From: a virus
DNA: 64,000 bases
Virus record (IMG/VR): IMGVR_UViG_3300025168_000067
Span: 1-64,000 of that record
Strand: one strand, 5' to 3'
Shown one piece after another: positions 26,759 to 36,289 of this stretch. The notes under the pieces were generated by a model. The model made no database searches. It was not told the DNA's origin and saw nothing but the letters and a program-made list of their open reading frames with translations. Positions within the stretch are counted from its first letter, which is position 1. Each line of letters starts with the position of its first letter. The position numbers and the translations under genes were made by a program.

Positions 26759-27526
26759 ATGTCAATTAACATGGAACTAATGAGAAAGAAGCTTGCCACA
26801 CTACGGGGCGAGGGAACAAGGGAACAATCAGTATGGTTTAAGCCCGACGAAGGAGACCAGGATATCCGGATCGTGCCATCACCAGATGGAGATCCTCTTA
26901 AGGAGATGTATTTCCACTATAATGTGGGAAACCACCGCGGCGGCATTGTATGCCCCAAGCGCAACTTTGGCGATGACTGCCCGATTTGCGAGTTTGCCTC
27001 GGCACTATGGCGCGAGGGAACAGAGACCAACGATGAAGAGAGCAAGAAGCTTGCTAAGTCACTCTTTGTTCGCAATCGGTTCTTTTCACCAGTGGTGGTA
27101 CGAGGCCGAGAAGATGAAGGAATCAAGATCTATGGTTACGGTAAACGCGCCTATGAAAACCTTCTGGGATATATTCTAGATCCCGATTATGGTGATATCA
27201 CCGATACTCTTGAGGGAACTGACATCTCTCTCACATACACCAAGCCAACACAGGCTGGTGCATACCCCCAAACAAACCTAAAGATGCGTCGTAATACTTC
27301 CTCGCTCTTGGAGGATACGGATGCTATCGCTGCCCTCCTTGATAGTATGCCAGACATTGACTCTCTATTCGAGCGTCAAACTCCGGAGCAAATCAATGCA
27401 ATCTTAGATGAGCAATTAGCCGGCGATGGAAGCGCTGAGTCCCGTTCGACGGAAACAACACGTTACAGCAGTGGCAAGAAGAATGACGTGGACCGAGCGT
27501 TTGACGAACTAATGGCCAACAAATAA
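26759..27526 (+). CDS. Single-stranded DNA-binding protein (T4 gp32-like)
   Basis: Zn ligands H..C..CPIC, YGYGK, DYGDITD, acidic tail DVDRAFDEL. Confidence 0.9.
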   Translation: MSINMELMRKKLATLRGEGTREQSVWFKPDEGDQDIRIVPSPDGDPLKEMYFHYNVGNHRGGIVCPKRNFGDDCPICEFASALWREGTETNDEESKKLAKSLFVRNRFFSPVVVRGREDEGIKIYGYGKRAYENLLGYILDPDYGDITDTLEGTDISLTYTKPTQAGAYPQTNLKMRRNTSSLLEDTDAIAALLDSMPDIDSLFERQTPEQINAILDEQLAGDGSAESRSTETTRYSSGKKNDVDRAFDELMANK

Positions 27527-27547
27527 CACTATAATTAGGTTCGTTTG

Positions 27548-27585
27548 ATGCCGCTGGCACCCCGGCATAAAATGGGTGCCGCATT
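27548..27585 (+). ncRNA. Putative cis-regulatory H-type pseudoknot, copy 1
   Basis: Stems ATGCCG/CGGCAT and GGCACCC/GGGTGCC; covaries with copy 2. Confidence 0.6.
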
Positions 27586-27608
27586 ATTCTATACGAAAAG
27601 GAGATGTT

Positions 27609-27857
27609 ATGGAATTGTTAAAATCGTTATGGGCCAAATGGAAGGTCCATGTTAGTGTGGTGGGTGGTGTATTAGTCATCGCGACCGCATACGGGACTTG
27701 TTCAGTTGATCCGGAGGCCGTTTCGACAAGTACAACCGGCCCGACAGATACTGTTGAAGTTTCTGCAACGACAACCACAACACCAGTTGAGACGGTGGCC
27801 TCACCAGAGACCACAGCCACAGCCGGCGCCACGACCGCTACAACTACGACAGAGTAG
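27609..27857 (+). CDS. Small membrane-anchored Thr-rich protein
   Basis: RBS AAGGAG, N-terminal hydrophobic segment, Thr-rich tail. Confidence 0.7.
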   Translation: MELLKSLWAKWKVHVSVVGGVLVIATAYGTCSVDPEAVSTSTTGPTDTVEVSATTTTTPVETVASPETTATAGATTATTTTE

Positions 27858-27863
27858 TGCAAA

Positions 27864-27902
27864 AGCCGCTGGCAGACCGGTTAAAAGTCTGCCGCATTTT
27901 TT
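27864..27902 (+). ncRNA. Putative cis-regulatory H-type pseudoknot, copy 2 (followed by a U-tract)
   Basis: Stems AGCCG/CGGTT and GGCAGAC/GTCTGCC. Confidence 0.6.
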
Positions 27903-27927
27903 AAACACAAACATGGAGAATAACAAA

Positions 27928-28116
27928 ATGGCTGATGGAATTAATATTTTAGAAGAGATGATTAACCGACTTGAGTGTATTCGTACGGATTACGCTAAGT
28001 TCTATGAGGATGGCAACAACGCTGCCGGCACACGTGTCCGTAAGGTTATGCAAGAGATCAAAGTAGATGCTCAAGATTTGCGACTTCATATCCAAGAAAC
28101 AAAGAATAGCGGCTGA
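27928..28116 (+). CDS. Histone H1-like (Hc1-family) small protein
   Basis: Signature KFYEDGNNAAGTRVRKVMQEIK..QDLR; RBS GGAG. Confidence 0.75.
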   Translation: MADGINILEEMINRLECIRTDYAKFYEDGNNAAGTRVRKVMQEIKVDAQDLRLHIQETKNSG

Positions 28117-29243
28117 TGGCTAAAAAAGCAAAAGAAACCAAAGCCGGCCGCGTATCAATGCAAGACTTAATGAGTCTTGTTAATAAGAAGGCCGGCAGAC
28201 ATGTCGCACACGACTTAACCGGCGAGAACCCAACAGAGGTCAAAGAGTGGATCTCCACAGGATCTCGTTGGCTTGACAGTATCATCTGTAAAGGACAAGT
28301 AGCCGGCATTCCCGTCGGTAAAGTGTCCGAACTTGCCGGCCTCACGTCGACAGGCAAGTCATATATGGCAGCTCAGATCGCCGCAAATGCCCAGAAACAG
28401 GGCAAGATAGTTGTTTATTTTGATTCAGAGTCTGCCATCGACCCCGACTTCTTAGAGCGCGCAGGATGCGACCTAAGCCGCTTAATGTATATCCAGGCAA
28501 CCTCTGTGGAGTTTGTACTGGAGACTGTGGAAGAATTGTTGGGAGCATCGGATGATCAGCTTTTGTTTATCTGGGACTCTCTCGCATTCACACCGTCAGT
28601 ATCCGACGTTGAAGGAGACTTCAACCCTCAGTCATCGATGGCAGTGAAAGCACGTATTCTTGCGAAGGGCATGTCTAAGTTGGTGATCCCTATTGCAGAT
28701 AAACAGGCAACATTACTGGTTCTCAATCAATTGAAAACTAATATACCGTCAGGCCCGAATGCACGCATTATTGCGATGACAACACCCTATATGACCCCGG
28801 GCGGCAAAGCCCTCCACTATTCATATTCACTACGCATCTGGCTGACAGGGCGAAAAGCAAAGTCAGCGTTTGTTGAAGATGATAAGGGTTTTCGCATCGG
28901 ATCAGAGGTCAAGGCAAAGATCGAGAAGTCGCGCTTTGGCACCCAAGGACGAAACTGTGCCTTCCGTATTTTGTGGGGTACAGAGGATGTGGGCATCAAT
29001 GATGAAGAGTCGTGGCTGGATGCAGTCAAAAGTTCTGAGTTCTTAAAATGTGCCGGTTCGTGGTATACATTAGAAATGCCGGATGGCTATACAAAGAAAT
29101 TCCAGCCATCTAGATGGGCCGAGATCATCAAGGCCGATGAAGAATTCCGGAATAAGATTGTCCAATTAATGGATGAAGAAGTTGTTCAAAAATTTGACAA
29201 GCGCGAAGGCAAAGCGGAAGATTTCTATAACGATCCCGAGTAA
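28116..29243 (+). CDS. recA: RecA/UvsX-like recombinase
   Basis: Walker A GLTSTGKS, DSESA, WDS, NQL, TPGGKAL. Confidence 0.93.
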   Translation: MAKKAKETKAGRVSMQDLMSLVNKKAGRHVAHDLTGENPTEVKEWISTGSRWLDSIICKGQVAGIPVGKVSELAGLTSTGKSYMAAQIAANAQKQGKIVVYFDSESAIDPDFLERAGCDLSRLMYIQATSVEFVLETVEELLGASDDQLLFIWDSLAFTPSVSDVEGDFNPQSSMAVKARILAKGMSKLVIPIADKQATLLVLNQLKTNIPSGPNARIIAMTTPYMTPGGKALHYSYSLRIWLTGRKAKSAFVEDDKGFRIGSEVKAKIEKSRFGTQGRNCAFRILWGTEDVGINDEESWLDAVKSSEFLKCAGSWYTLEMPDGYTKKFQPSRWAEIIKADEEFRNKIVQLMDEEVVQKFDKREGKAEDFYNDPE

Positions 29244-29247
29244 ACAC

Positions 29248-29276
29248 TTGACAGCAAGCCATGGCTGTGATATATT
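29248..29276 (+). promoter_or_regulatory. sigma70-type promoter
   Basis: TTGACA-N17-TATATT. Confidence 0.8.
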
Positions 29277-29303
29277 AGATATATAAGCTTGTAGGAGGGC
29301 TTC

Positions 29304-29747
29304 GTGTCGACAGTAGCAAAAGAATATGAGTCGCCATATAGCGCTACTAAGTTTCATGCGTACAGCGGGAAAGTTAAGAGGTACATGAACCTCGCACGTC
29401 AAGCAGCAGAGCAGAGCGCCCTACCAGACTACCGCCATGGCGCGGTACTTATAAAGGGTAGCGTGCGAAATGTATCGACAAATAAGAACGGCTACTGTGC
29501 CTTTGGCTCTCGCTTTCAACACGAGCACGATGGTGTCAGCACACTCCATGCAGAACTCGGTGCAATACTGGGTGTCGATAGAAGTATCACAGAGGGAGCC
29601 ACGGTCTATATCGCAAGAATAGGCAAGGCAGGAAAATACAAAATATCAAAGCCGTGCCCAATGTGCCACGCGGCTATGAAGCACGTCGGAATAAAAAAAG
29701 TCGTCTATACTATTGACAATAAGGTCGCAGGGAGTTATAAACTATAA
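29304..29747 (+). CDS. Cytidine/dCMP deaminase-family zinc protein
   Basis: Motifs HGAV, HAE, PCPMC. Confidence 0.85.
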   Translation: MSTVAKEYESPYSATKFHAYSGKVKRYMNLARQAAEQSALPDYRHGAVLIKGSVRNVSTNKNGYCAFGSRFQHEHDGVSTLHAELGAILGVDRSITEGATVYIARIGKAGKYKISKPCPMCHAAMKHVGIKKVVYTIDNKVAGSYKL

Positions 29748-29750
29748 ACT

Positions 29751-30215
29751 ATGAATATATTTGTACTACACAAGGAACCACAAAAGGCAGCTATTATGGC
29801 ATGCGACAAGCATGTTGTAAAAATGATCTTAGAAACCGCCCAAATGATGTGCACGGTTGTTGCCTCATACGGCCACCACCCCCCATACCGACCCACTCAC
29901 GCCAAGCACCCGTGTACTGTTTGGGCCGGCCAATCTAGAGCTAACTGGGATTGGCTGATCGAATATGGAATGGAGTTGTGTGCTGAATATACCAAGAGGT
30001 ATGGCAAGATCCACAAGAGCCAGAGCGTTATCGAGCGCTGTGCGATGACTCACATCGATCTTCCAAATATTCCGCGTACGCCATTTGCACAAGCGATGCC
30101 ACCACAGTATCGAAATGAGTGTGTCGTTACCGCCTATCGTGCATATTATCATGGCGAGAAAGCAAGTTTCGCCACATGGAAAACGAAAGCCCCTACCTGG
30201 TGGAAACCCCAATGA
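29751..30215 (+). CDS. Pyrimidine-dimer DNA glycosylase-family protein
   Basis: MNIFVL..DKHVVKMILETAQM, HPCTVW, EY..RYGKIH, AYRAYY. Confidence 0.8.
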   Translation: MNIFVLHKEPQKAAIMACDKHVVKMILETAQMMCTVVASYGHHPPYRPTHAKHPCTVWAGQSRANWDWLIEYGMELCAEYTKRYGKIHKSQSVIERCAMTHIDLPNIPRTPFAQAMPPQYRNECVVTAYRAYYHGEKASFATWKTKAPTWWKPQ

Positions 30216-30242
30216 GGAATACCAGAATAAGAGAGATAGCTT

Positions 30243-30461
30243 ATGAAAACGGGTGATCTAGTTAAAATGATTTGTGAGATAAACGATACGGATGAGGACT
30301 ACAATTCGATCCTATCAACAGAAACCCGTGTTGGCTTATACAACAAGATGATCGACATGGACAGCAGCTTTTATGGCGATAAACATCAGGTTTATGTCGA
30401 GGGCGAATTAAGAGAGTATAGCGAAAAGCTATGGAAAGTAGAGGTATTGAATGAGCGATAA
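30243..30461 (+). CDS. Small hypothetical protein (KxGDLV, SH3/KOW-like)
   Basis: Starts MKTGDLVK; tightly packed between neighbouring genes. Confidence 0.6.
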   Translation: MKTGDLVKMICEINDTDEDYNSILSTETRVGLYNKMIDMDSSFYGDKHQVYVEGELREYSEKLWKVEVLNER

Positions 30462-31419
30462 AAAGAAGAGAGTCTTATTAATAGACAGTCTGAATATGTT
30501 TATTAGAGCATATATTATGGACCCGAGCCTAACAATGGGCGGCAATCCGTGTGGGGGCATTAAGGGGACACTAAAAATCCTTCAAAAGCTAGTGAGAGAG
30601 ACAAAGCCCGATGAGATTGTGTTCATCTGGGATGGTCCTGGTGGCTCAAACAAGCGCAAGGCTATTAATAAGAACTACAAAGCCGGCCGCAAGCCAATCC
30701 GCCTCAATCGGAGTGTAAAAAACCTCACAGAAGATGAGGAAATGAAAAACAAGGTATGGCAGCAAATGCGCCTGATGGAATATTTGAATGAGATGCCTAT
30801 CATTCAAATAATTCTCCCAGAGGTAGAGGCAGATGACGTGATTGCACACCTTACTCATCTATCGCATTATGACGGCTGGCAGAAGGTGATCATATCGAAC
30901 GACCAAGACTTCTATCAACTATGCGATGACGAAACTGTTGTGTTTCGTCCTGTTAAAAAGGCAGTATATAATAAGAAGAAGATCATTGAGGAACTTGGTG
31001 TTCATCCACGAAATATGGCACTTGCAAGAGCCCTGATCGGCGACTCGTCCGACAACTTGCCGGGCATTAAGGGCGTAGGTTTTAAAACAATCGAGAAGCG
31101 ACTGAGTTTCTTGGGTTCGGACAAAGACTATACGATTGATGATGTGATCGAATATTGTGAGAACACAGGCTCAAAATTAAAGTTTCATACGAACATCGTC
31201 GAGGGCAAAGAAATTATAGCTCACAATTATAAGATGATGCAACTTTATTCTCCGATGCTTTCGATTCAATCAAAAGACTTCGTTCAGAACGCAGTTGAAA
31301 ATTTTGAGTGTGTTTTCAACAAGATAGAGATAATGAAAAATATGAGAGACGATGGGTTCGGAGAATTAAACTGGAAAGACCTCGAACTTCACCTGAATAA
31401 GATCAATTCAGTCACCTAA
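30451..31419 (+). CDS. 5'-3' exonuclease/RNase H (Pol I N-terminal/FEN family)
   Basis: LIDS, WDG, YKAGR, EADD, SNDQD, GDSSDNLPGIKGVG. Confidence 0.93.
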   Translation: MSDKKKRVLLIDSLNMFIRAYIMDPSLTMGGNPCGGIKGTLKILQKLVRETKPDEIVFIWDGPGGSNKRKAINKNYKAGRKPIRLNRSVKNLTEDEEMKNKVWQQMRLMEYLNEMPIIQIILPEVEADDVIAHLTHLSHYDGWQKVIISNDQDFYQLCDDETVVFRPVKKAVYNKKKIIEELGVHPRNMALARALIGDSSDNLPGIKGVGFKTIEKRLSFLGSDKDYTIDDVIEYCENTGSKLKFHTNIVEGKEIIAHNYKMMQLYSPMLSIQSKDFVQNAVENFECVFNKIEIMKNMRDDGFGELNWKDLELHLNKINSVT

Positions 31420-31424
31420 ATTAC

Positions 31425-31452
31425 TTGACTTTACAGTGAGAACTGTTATACT
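31425..31452 (+). promoter_or_regulatory. sigma70-type promoter
   Basis: TTGACT-N16-TATACT with a TG extension. Confidence 0.7.
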
Positions 31453-31478
31453 TATAGATACAAAACGTGAGGTGATAC

Positions 31479-32855
31479 TTGTCTGAAAAAGCAAGCTTTT
31501 CGCGCTACGGTAAATCGTTCCAAGAGGGGCTCGTCCAACTCATTTATGAGGACCGTCCCTTTGCCGATCAAATTACTGAAGTGCTCGATATTCAATTTCT
31601 GGAACTCGAATACCTTCGTGTATTCGTCGATAAAATTATAAAATACAGAGATAGATACAGCAAGCACCCGTCTGCCGAAGCAATTATCACCACCCTTCGC
31701 ACTGATCTCGACAACGAAGACGAAGTCGTGCGGCAACAGGTGAGAGAATACTACGCGAGAATATTAAAGAAAGAACTCACAGACAGAGAATATATTAAAG
31801 AACAATCGCTCGACTTTTGCCGAAAGCAGAACCTCAAAGAAGCGATGTTAAAATCAGTTGGGTTGCTTCAAACTTGCTCATTTGATGAAATCTCAAATGT
31901 CATCAACAACTCACTTAAACTCGGCTCAGACAACAATTTTGGTTATGATTACCTAGCAGACTTCGAAGAGCGCTTCGTGCCCAAGTTCAGACACCCCGTT
32001 AGCACCGGCTGGAAGGATATGGATAGCATTTGCGGTGGAGGCCTAGGCAAGAGCGAGTTGGGAGTCGTAATTGCCCCCACGGGCGCCGGAAAGAGCATGG
32101 TTTTGGTCCATCTTGGATCAGAGGGGCTCAAAGAAAACAAGGTGGTAGTTCATTACACAATGGAACTACAATCAACAGTAATTGCTGGGCGTTATGATAG
32201 TTGTCTGACCGGCTACCCACTCAACGACCTACCAAACTTTAAGGACGAGATCTATGAGATGGTTAAAAATATTGGTGGAAAACTTATCATCAAAGAGTAC
32301 CCAACTAAATCAGCTTCTACCGCAACTATCAAAACTCATTTAACAAAGTTGTTAAAGAGAGGGATAAAACCTGATATGATAATTGTGGATTACGCAGACT
32401 TATTAAGACCGGTCGTGATTCGCAAGGAGAAGAGAACCGAGTTGGAATCTATTTATGAAGAGTTGCGTGGGATCTCAACAGAATATGGGTGCCCTGTGTG
32501 GACAGCTTCGCAAACAAACAGAAGCGGCCTTAATGCGGAAGTTATCACAATGGAGCAGATCTCGGAAGCATTCAATAAATGTTTTGTAGCCGATTTCATC
32601 TTCTCGGTGTCTCGCAGCATCGAAGATAAACAAAACAATCTAGGCAAAATATTCATAGCAAAAAATAGAAATGGGCCAGACGGCATGATATACGATATAT
32701 TCATGGACACCTCGTGCGTGAATATTAAGATAATGCCAAAACTGACACCATCCGGACCAGCCGGCTTAATCCCGCTAAACCCAGTTACCCTGACCCCCAA
32801 AGCGCAAAGGGGCTTACTACATAATAAATACGAAAAGTTTAGAAAAAGGAAATAA
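31479..32855 (+). CDS. Replicative DNA helicase (DnaB/gp41-like)
   Basis: APTGAGKS, IVDYADL, TASQTNR, KNRNG. Confidence 0.93.
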   Translation: MSEKASFSRYGKSFQEGLVQLIYEDRPFADQITEVLDIQFLELEYLRVFVDKIIKYRDRYSKHPSAEAIITTLRTDLDNEDEVVRQQVREYYARILKKELTDREYIKEQSLDFCRKQNLKEAMLKSVGLLQTCSFDEISNVINNSLKLGSDNNFGYDYLADFEERFVPKFRHPVSTGWKDMDSICGGGLGKSELGVVIAPTGAGKSMVLVHLGSEGLKENKVVVHYTMELQSTVIAGRYDSCLTGYPLNDLPNFKDEIYEMVKNIGGKLIIKEYPTKSASTATIKTHLTKLLKRGIKPDMIIVDYADLLRPVVIRKEKRTELESIYEELRGISTEYGCPVWTASQTNRSGLNAEVITMEQISEAFNKCFVADFIFSVSRSIEDKQNNLGKIFIAKNRNGPDGMIYDIFMDTSCVNIKIMPKLTPSGPAGLIPLNPVTLTPKAQRGLLHNKYEKFRKRK

Positions 32856-32860
32856 ACACA

Positions 32861-34828
32861 ATGAGAACTATTGAAAACATACGCAGATTCAGATTATCCG
32901 ACACATTTATCGAGCCGTACAAAAAAGCAGAGGTGCCCTGGGGGCCGATCGGTTACATCACATACAAACGCACATATTCAAGGCGCTTGAGTGAATTTGA
33001 TCCACAAGCAACTGGCACCGAAGAGTGGCACCAGACTTGCCGCCGTGTGATTGAGGGAATGTTTAATGTTCAGAAACAGCACGTTGTTATGTTGGGGCTA
33101 GGGTGGAATGATCAGAAAGCACAGGCGACTGCCAAGGATGCATATGATCGGCTATTCAACCTGAAATGGACTCCCCCTGGCCGCGGCCTATGGATGATGG
33201 GGACAAAGTTTGTAGAAGAGAAAACTGGGGCCGCATTGTTTAACTGCGCTTTTCGCTCAACCAAAGAGTTAGCCACCAAGGGCGGCTACTTATTCGCTTG
33301 GATGATGGACGCATTAATGCTCGGTGTCGGCGTTGGTTTTGACACTCTTGGGGCAAACACATTTACGATCAAAGAGCCAGAATACACAGGTGACGTACTT
33401 GTGATCGATGACAGTCGCGAAGGCTGGGTCAATTCGGTGCACACCCTTCTTGATGGCTTCTTTTTAGGCGCCAAGGTTCCAAAGTATGATTATACTGCCA
33501 TCCGGCCCCCGGGTTCCAAGATCAATGGGTTTGGGGGTACTGCATCCGGTCATGGCCCACTATTGGAATTACATGAAAACCTGATGGAGTTATTCGCCTC
33601 TAAAATTGGAGAGCCCATCTCATCAGTCGATATTGTTGATACAGAAAACCTCATCGGTCGGTGTGTGGTCGCTGGAAATGTTCGCCGCTCCGCTGCTCTT
33701 GCGATGGGGAATTACGACGACAAACGTTATCTTGAGATGAAAAACGATCAAGAGAAACTATATCATCATCGATGGGGTTCCAACAATTCCTTCAATGCTG
33801 TGGTTGGGATGGACTATACCTGGCACGCAAAACAGAGCAAAATGAATGGCGAACCCGGATATATCTGGTTGCGAAATGCACAAACCAGGGGCCGGTTCAA
33901 AGATGACGAACGATTAGACGATGTTAATGTGGCAGGGTTCAACCCCTGCTCGGAACAGCAACTTCACGATGGTGAGTGCTGCTGTTTAGTGGAGACATTT
34001 CCCGCAAAGCACGAGACATACGATGATTATCTAAAAACTCTTAAGTGCGCGTATCTATATGGTAAGACAGTTACACTGGTCAATACCCATTGGCCCGAGA
34101 CTAACGCTATGATGCTGAAGAACCGCCGCATTGGTCTCTCACAGTCTGGTATTGTACAGGCGTTTAACAAACATGGCCGACGCAATATGTTAAAGTGGTG
34201 TGATGACGCTTATGAGCATGTTCAATTGCTTGATAAAGAATACTCAGACTGGCTCTGTGTTCCCAAGTCGATCAGAACAACTTCTATTAAGCCATCGGGA
34301 ACAGTATCCTTGTTGAATGGCTCTACACCCGGAATCCATTTTCCAGAGGATGAATACTATATTAGACGTATTAGGTTCTCAAAAGATTCAAAATTACTTG
34401 ACAGTATCAGAGAAGCAGGTTATACTATGGAGGATGATGAATATTCTCCGAATACTACTTGTGTCGAATTTCCTGTTAAAGAGCCGTATTTTCACAAAGG
34501 AAAACGGGATGTATCGATGTGGGAACAACTTGAAATTGCTGCCCAGTATCAACATTATTGGGCCGATAACGCCGTGTCTGTTACTATCACGTTCAAAGAT
34601 GATGAGGCAGACCAAATTAAAAGTGCTCTTGAATTATATGAGACAAGACTAAAGGCAGTATCGTTCCTTAGATACAAAGAAACCGGATACAAACAAGCAC
34701 CATACGAACCAATAACGAAAGAAGAATACGAAGAGAGAATAAAGAAAGTAGTTCAAATCCAGCGTATTGATACTGAAGAAGCCGGCGAAGGAACTAAATT
34801 CTGTACAAACGATACTTGCACAATTTAA
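32861..34828 (+). CDS. nrdJ: Class II (B12-dependent) ribonucleoside-triphosphate reductase
   Basis: PPGRGLW, NCAF, GNVRRSA, NPCSEQ, KPSGTVS, C-terminal FCTNDTC. Confidence 0.92.
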   Translation: MRTIENIRRFRLSDTFIEPYKKAEVPWGPIGYITYKRTYSRRLSEFDPQATGTEEWHQTCRRVIEGMFNVQKQHVVMLGLGWNDQKAQATAKDAYDRLFNLKWTPPGRGLWMMGTKFVEEKTGAALFNCAFRSTKELATKGGYLFAWMMDALMLGVGVGFDTLGANTFTIKEPEYTGDVLVIDDSREGWVNSVHTLLDGFFLGAKVPKYDYTAIRPPGSKINGFGGTASGHGPLLELHENLMELFASKIGEPISSVDIVDTENLIGRCVVAGNVRRSAALAMGNYDDKRYLEMKNDQEKLYHHRWGSNNSFNAVVGMDYTWHAKQSKMNGEPGYIWLRNAQTRGRFKDDERLDDVNVAGFNPCSEQQLHDGECCCLVETFPAKHETYDDYLKTLKCAYLYGKTVTLVNTHWPETNAMMLKNRRIGLSQSGIVQAFNKHGRRNMLKWCDDAYEHVQLLDKEYSDWLCVPKSIRTTSIKPSGTVSLLNGSTPGIHFPEDEYYIRRIRFSKDSKLLDSIREAGYTMEDDEYSPNTTCVEFPVKEPYFHKGKRDVSMWEQLEIAAQYQHYWADNAVSVTITFKDDEADQIKSALELYETRLKAVSFLRYKETGYKQAPYEPITKEEYEERIKKVVQIQRIDTEEAGEGTKFCTNDTCTI

Positions 34829-34838
34829 TGAGATATAG

Positions 34839-35069
34839 ATGAATTTTAACCACTTAATAGAAAGAAGCGACCTAAAAAGAAAGTGCGGCACCCTCGGACA
34901 TATAGAGTGTTACTATCAACCCGTTGGTGACGGACAAACTACGGCTGGGAACAACTACCATGTTACAATGAACTGTAAGAATTGTGGCCGTAGAACCGAA
35001 GTATTCATGTCCGAGAGACAGTATAAACTACACAGCAATGTTTTAGAAAGAGAGATAAGCAGTGTTTAA
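34839..35069 (+). CDS. Small Cys-containing hypothetical protein (zinc ribbon-like)
   Basis: CKNCG plus two upstream Cys. Confidence 0.6.
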   Translation: MNFNHLIERSDLKRKCGTLGHIECYYQPVGDGQTTAGNNYHVTMNCKNCGRRTEVFMSERQYKLHSNVLEREISSV

Positions 35070-35331
35070 CCCAGTTAATAGATATATTCTGATTGATATC
35101 CCGGCAAAGGAAGCAGAGACAGAATCTCTGATTGTGTTACCAGAAGATTACAAACCGGAAGAAGAAAGATATTTGAAAGTTACGGTCCTACAAGCCGCTG
35201 AAGATGTTAGGTTTAAGCTGCCTCGTCTCGCAACGCTGGTTGTCGACCGGTCAATGATCGAGGAGATAAAAGTTGGTGGATCTATTTATAGTGTCATCTT
35301 GGACAATTATGTCGTGGGAAAGATTGAGTAA
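35062..35331 (+). CDS. groES: GroES-like co-chaperonin
   Basis: PVNRYILI..ETESLIVLP mobile-loop-like segment; ends VVGKIE; about 90 aa. Confidence 0.7.
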   Translation: MFNPVNRYILIDIPAKEAETESLIVLPEDYKPEEERYLKVTVLQAAEDVRFKLPRLATLVVDRSMIEEIKVGGSIYSVILDNYVVGKIE

Positions 35332-35347
35332 ATGGGGCACTTATTAA

Positions 35348-36280
35348 ATGGACAAGCACTTTTACAACGAGGCGTCGGCCAAAAAACTAGGCTGGGAACC
35401 ATCGTGGTTTGGTGAAAGATACTTTGACGACAAGTTAGTCCGCGCTATTAAAAAGTGGCAAAAAAGCCATGACATAGTAGGGGATGGCCTCTGCGGGCCC
35501 ATGACATTTAGGCGCCTGTGGTCTGAGCGCCAAGCTAATATTGATGATCACAAACCATCGGATGCACACTATTCTAACTATATTATATATAACGGGGAGT
35601 TCCACCCGATAGAATGGGATAAGTTTGTTCTATGGAGTGAAAAAGGCGGGCTAGAGACAAGAAGGGGAAACTATTACGACTACTCTGGCCGGCCCAAACG
35701 TAAGATCAGATATTTTGTCAATCACTGGGACGCATGCTTATCATCTAAATCAACTCAAAACATCTTAGATAGACGCGGCATTTCAGTTCATTTCCTTATT
35801 GATAACGATGGAACAATATACCAAACTCTTGATCTCCAGCACGCCGCGTGGCATGCTGGTTCTTCTAGAACAAACCGTCCTTCTGTTGGTGTTGAGATCA
35901 CAAACGCATACTATCCAAAATACCAAGACTGGTATATAGACCACGGCTTCGGCGAGAGGCCTATTATAGAAGGGGCTTGGGTCCATGGTAATCGGCTTGA
36001 TCCATTCCTGGGGTTTTATCCCAAACAAATAGAAGCTGCTAAGGCTCTATGGAAAGCAATCAATGGCGCAACGGGTATTCCCTATGAAACCCCAATGGGC
36101 CAGTTCGGGAAGACCTCGACAAAATACGAACAAGATGTGGCATATGGAGACTTCACCGGGTTTGTAAGCCACTACCACATTAATAAAGGCAAAATAGACT
36201 GTGCTGGTCTTGATCTTCGAACGCTTCTGGATGAAGTTAAATATGACATTGATATTTTTGATACCATAAAGAACAAATAA
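35348..36280 (+). CDS. Endolysin: PG-binding domain plus N-acetylmuramoyl-L-alanine amidase
   Basis: AIKKWQ..GDGLCGPMT; HW, SVHFLID, AWHAG, N..SVGVE, H..K.D. Confidence 0.9.
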   Translation: MDKHFYNEASAKKLGWEPSWFGERYFDDKLVRAIKKWQKSHDIVGDGLCGPMTFRRLWSERQANIDDHKPSDAHYSNYIIYNGEFHPIEWDKFVLWSEKGGLETRRGNYYDYSGRPKRKIRYFVNHWDACLSSKSTQNILDRRGISVHFLIDNDGTIYQTLDLQHAAWHAGSSRTNRPSVGVEITNAYYPKYQDWYIDHGFGERPIIEGAWVHGNRLDPFLGFYPKQIEAAKALWKAINGATGIPYETPMGQFGKTSTKYEQDVAYGDFTGFVSHYHINKGKIDCAGLDLRTLLDEVKYDIDIFDTIKNK

Positions 36281-36289
36281 GGAAGTAGG

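Noticed and set aside
27548-27902. HDV-like/theta or other self-cleaving ribozyme, or tRNA
   Set aside because: No nested double-pseudoknot topology or catalytic-core consensus, and no cloverleaf or T-loop was seen here or in other gaps.
27706-28116. Readthrough or frameshift fusion of the Thr-rich protein to the Hc1-like protein, stimulated by pseudoknot 2
   Set aside because: Readthrough meets TAA after 8 codons, fusion would need a +1 shift with no slippery site, and the Hc1-like gene has its own RBS.
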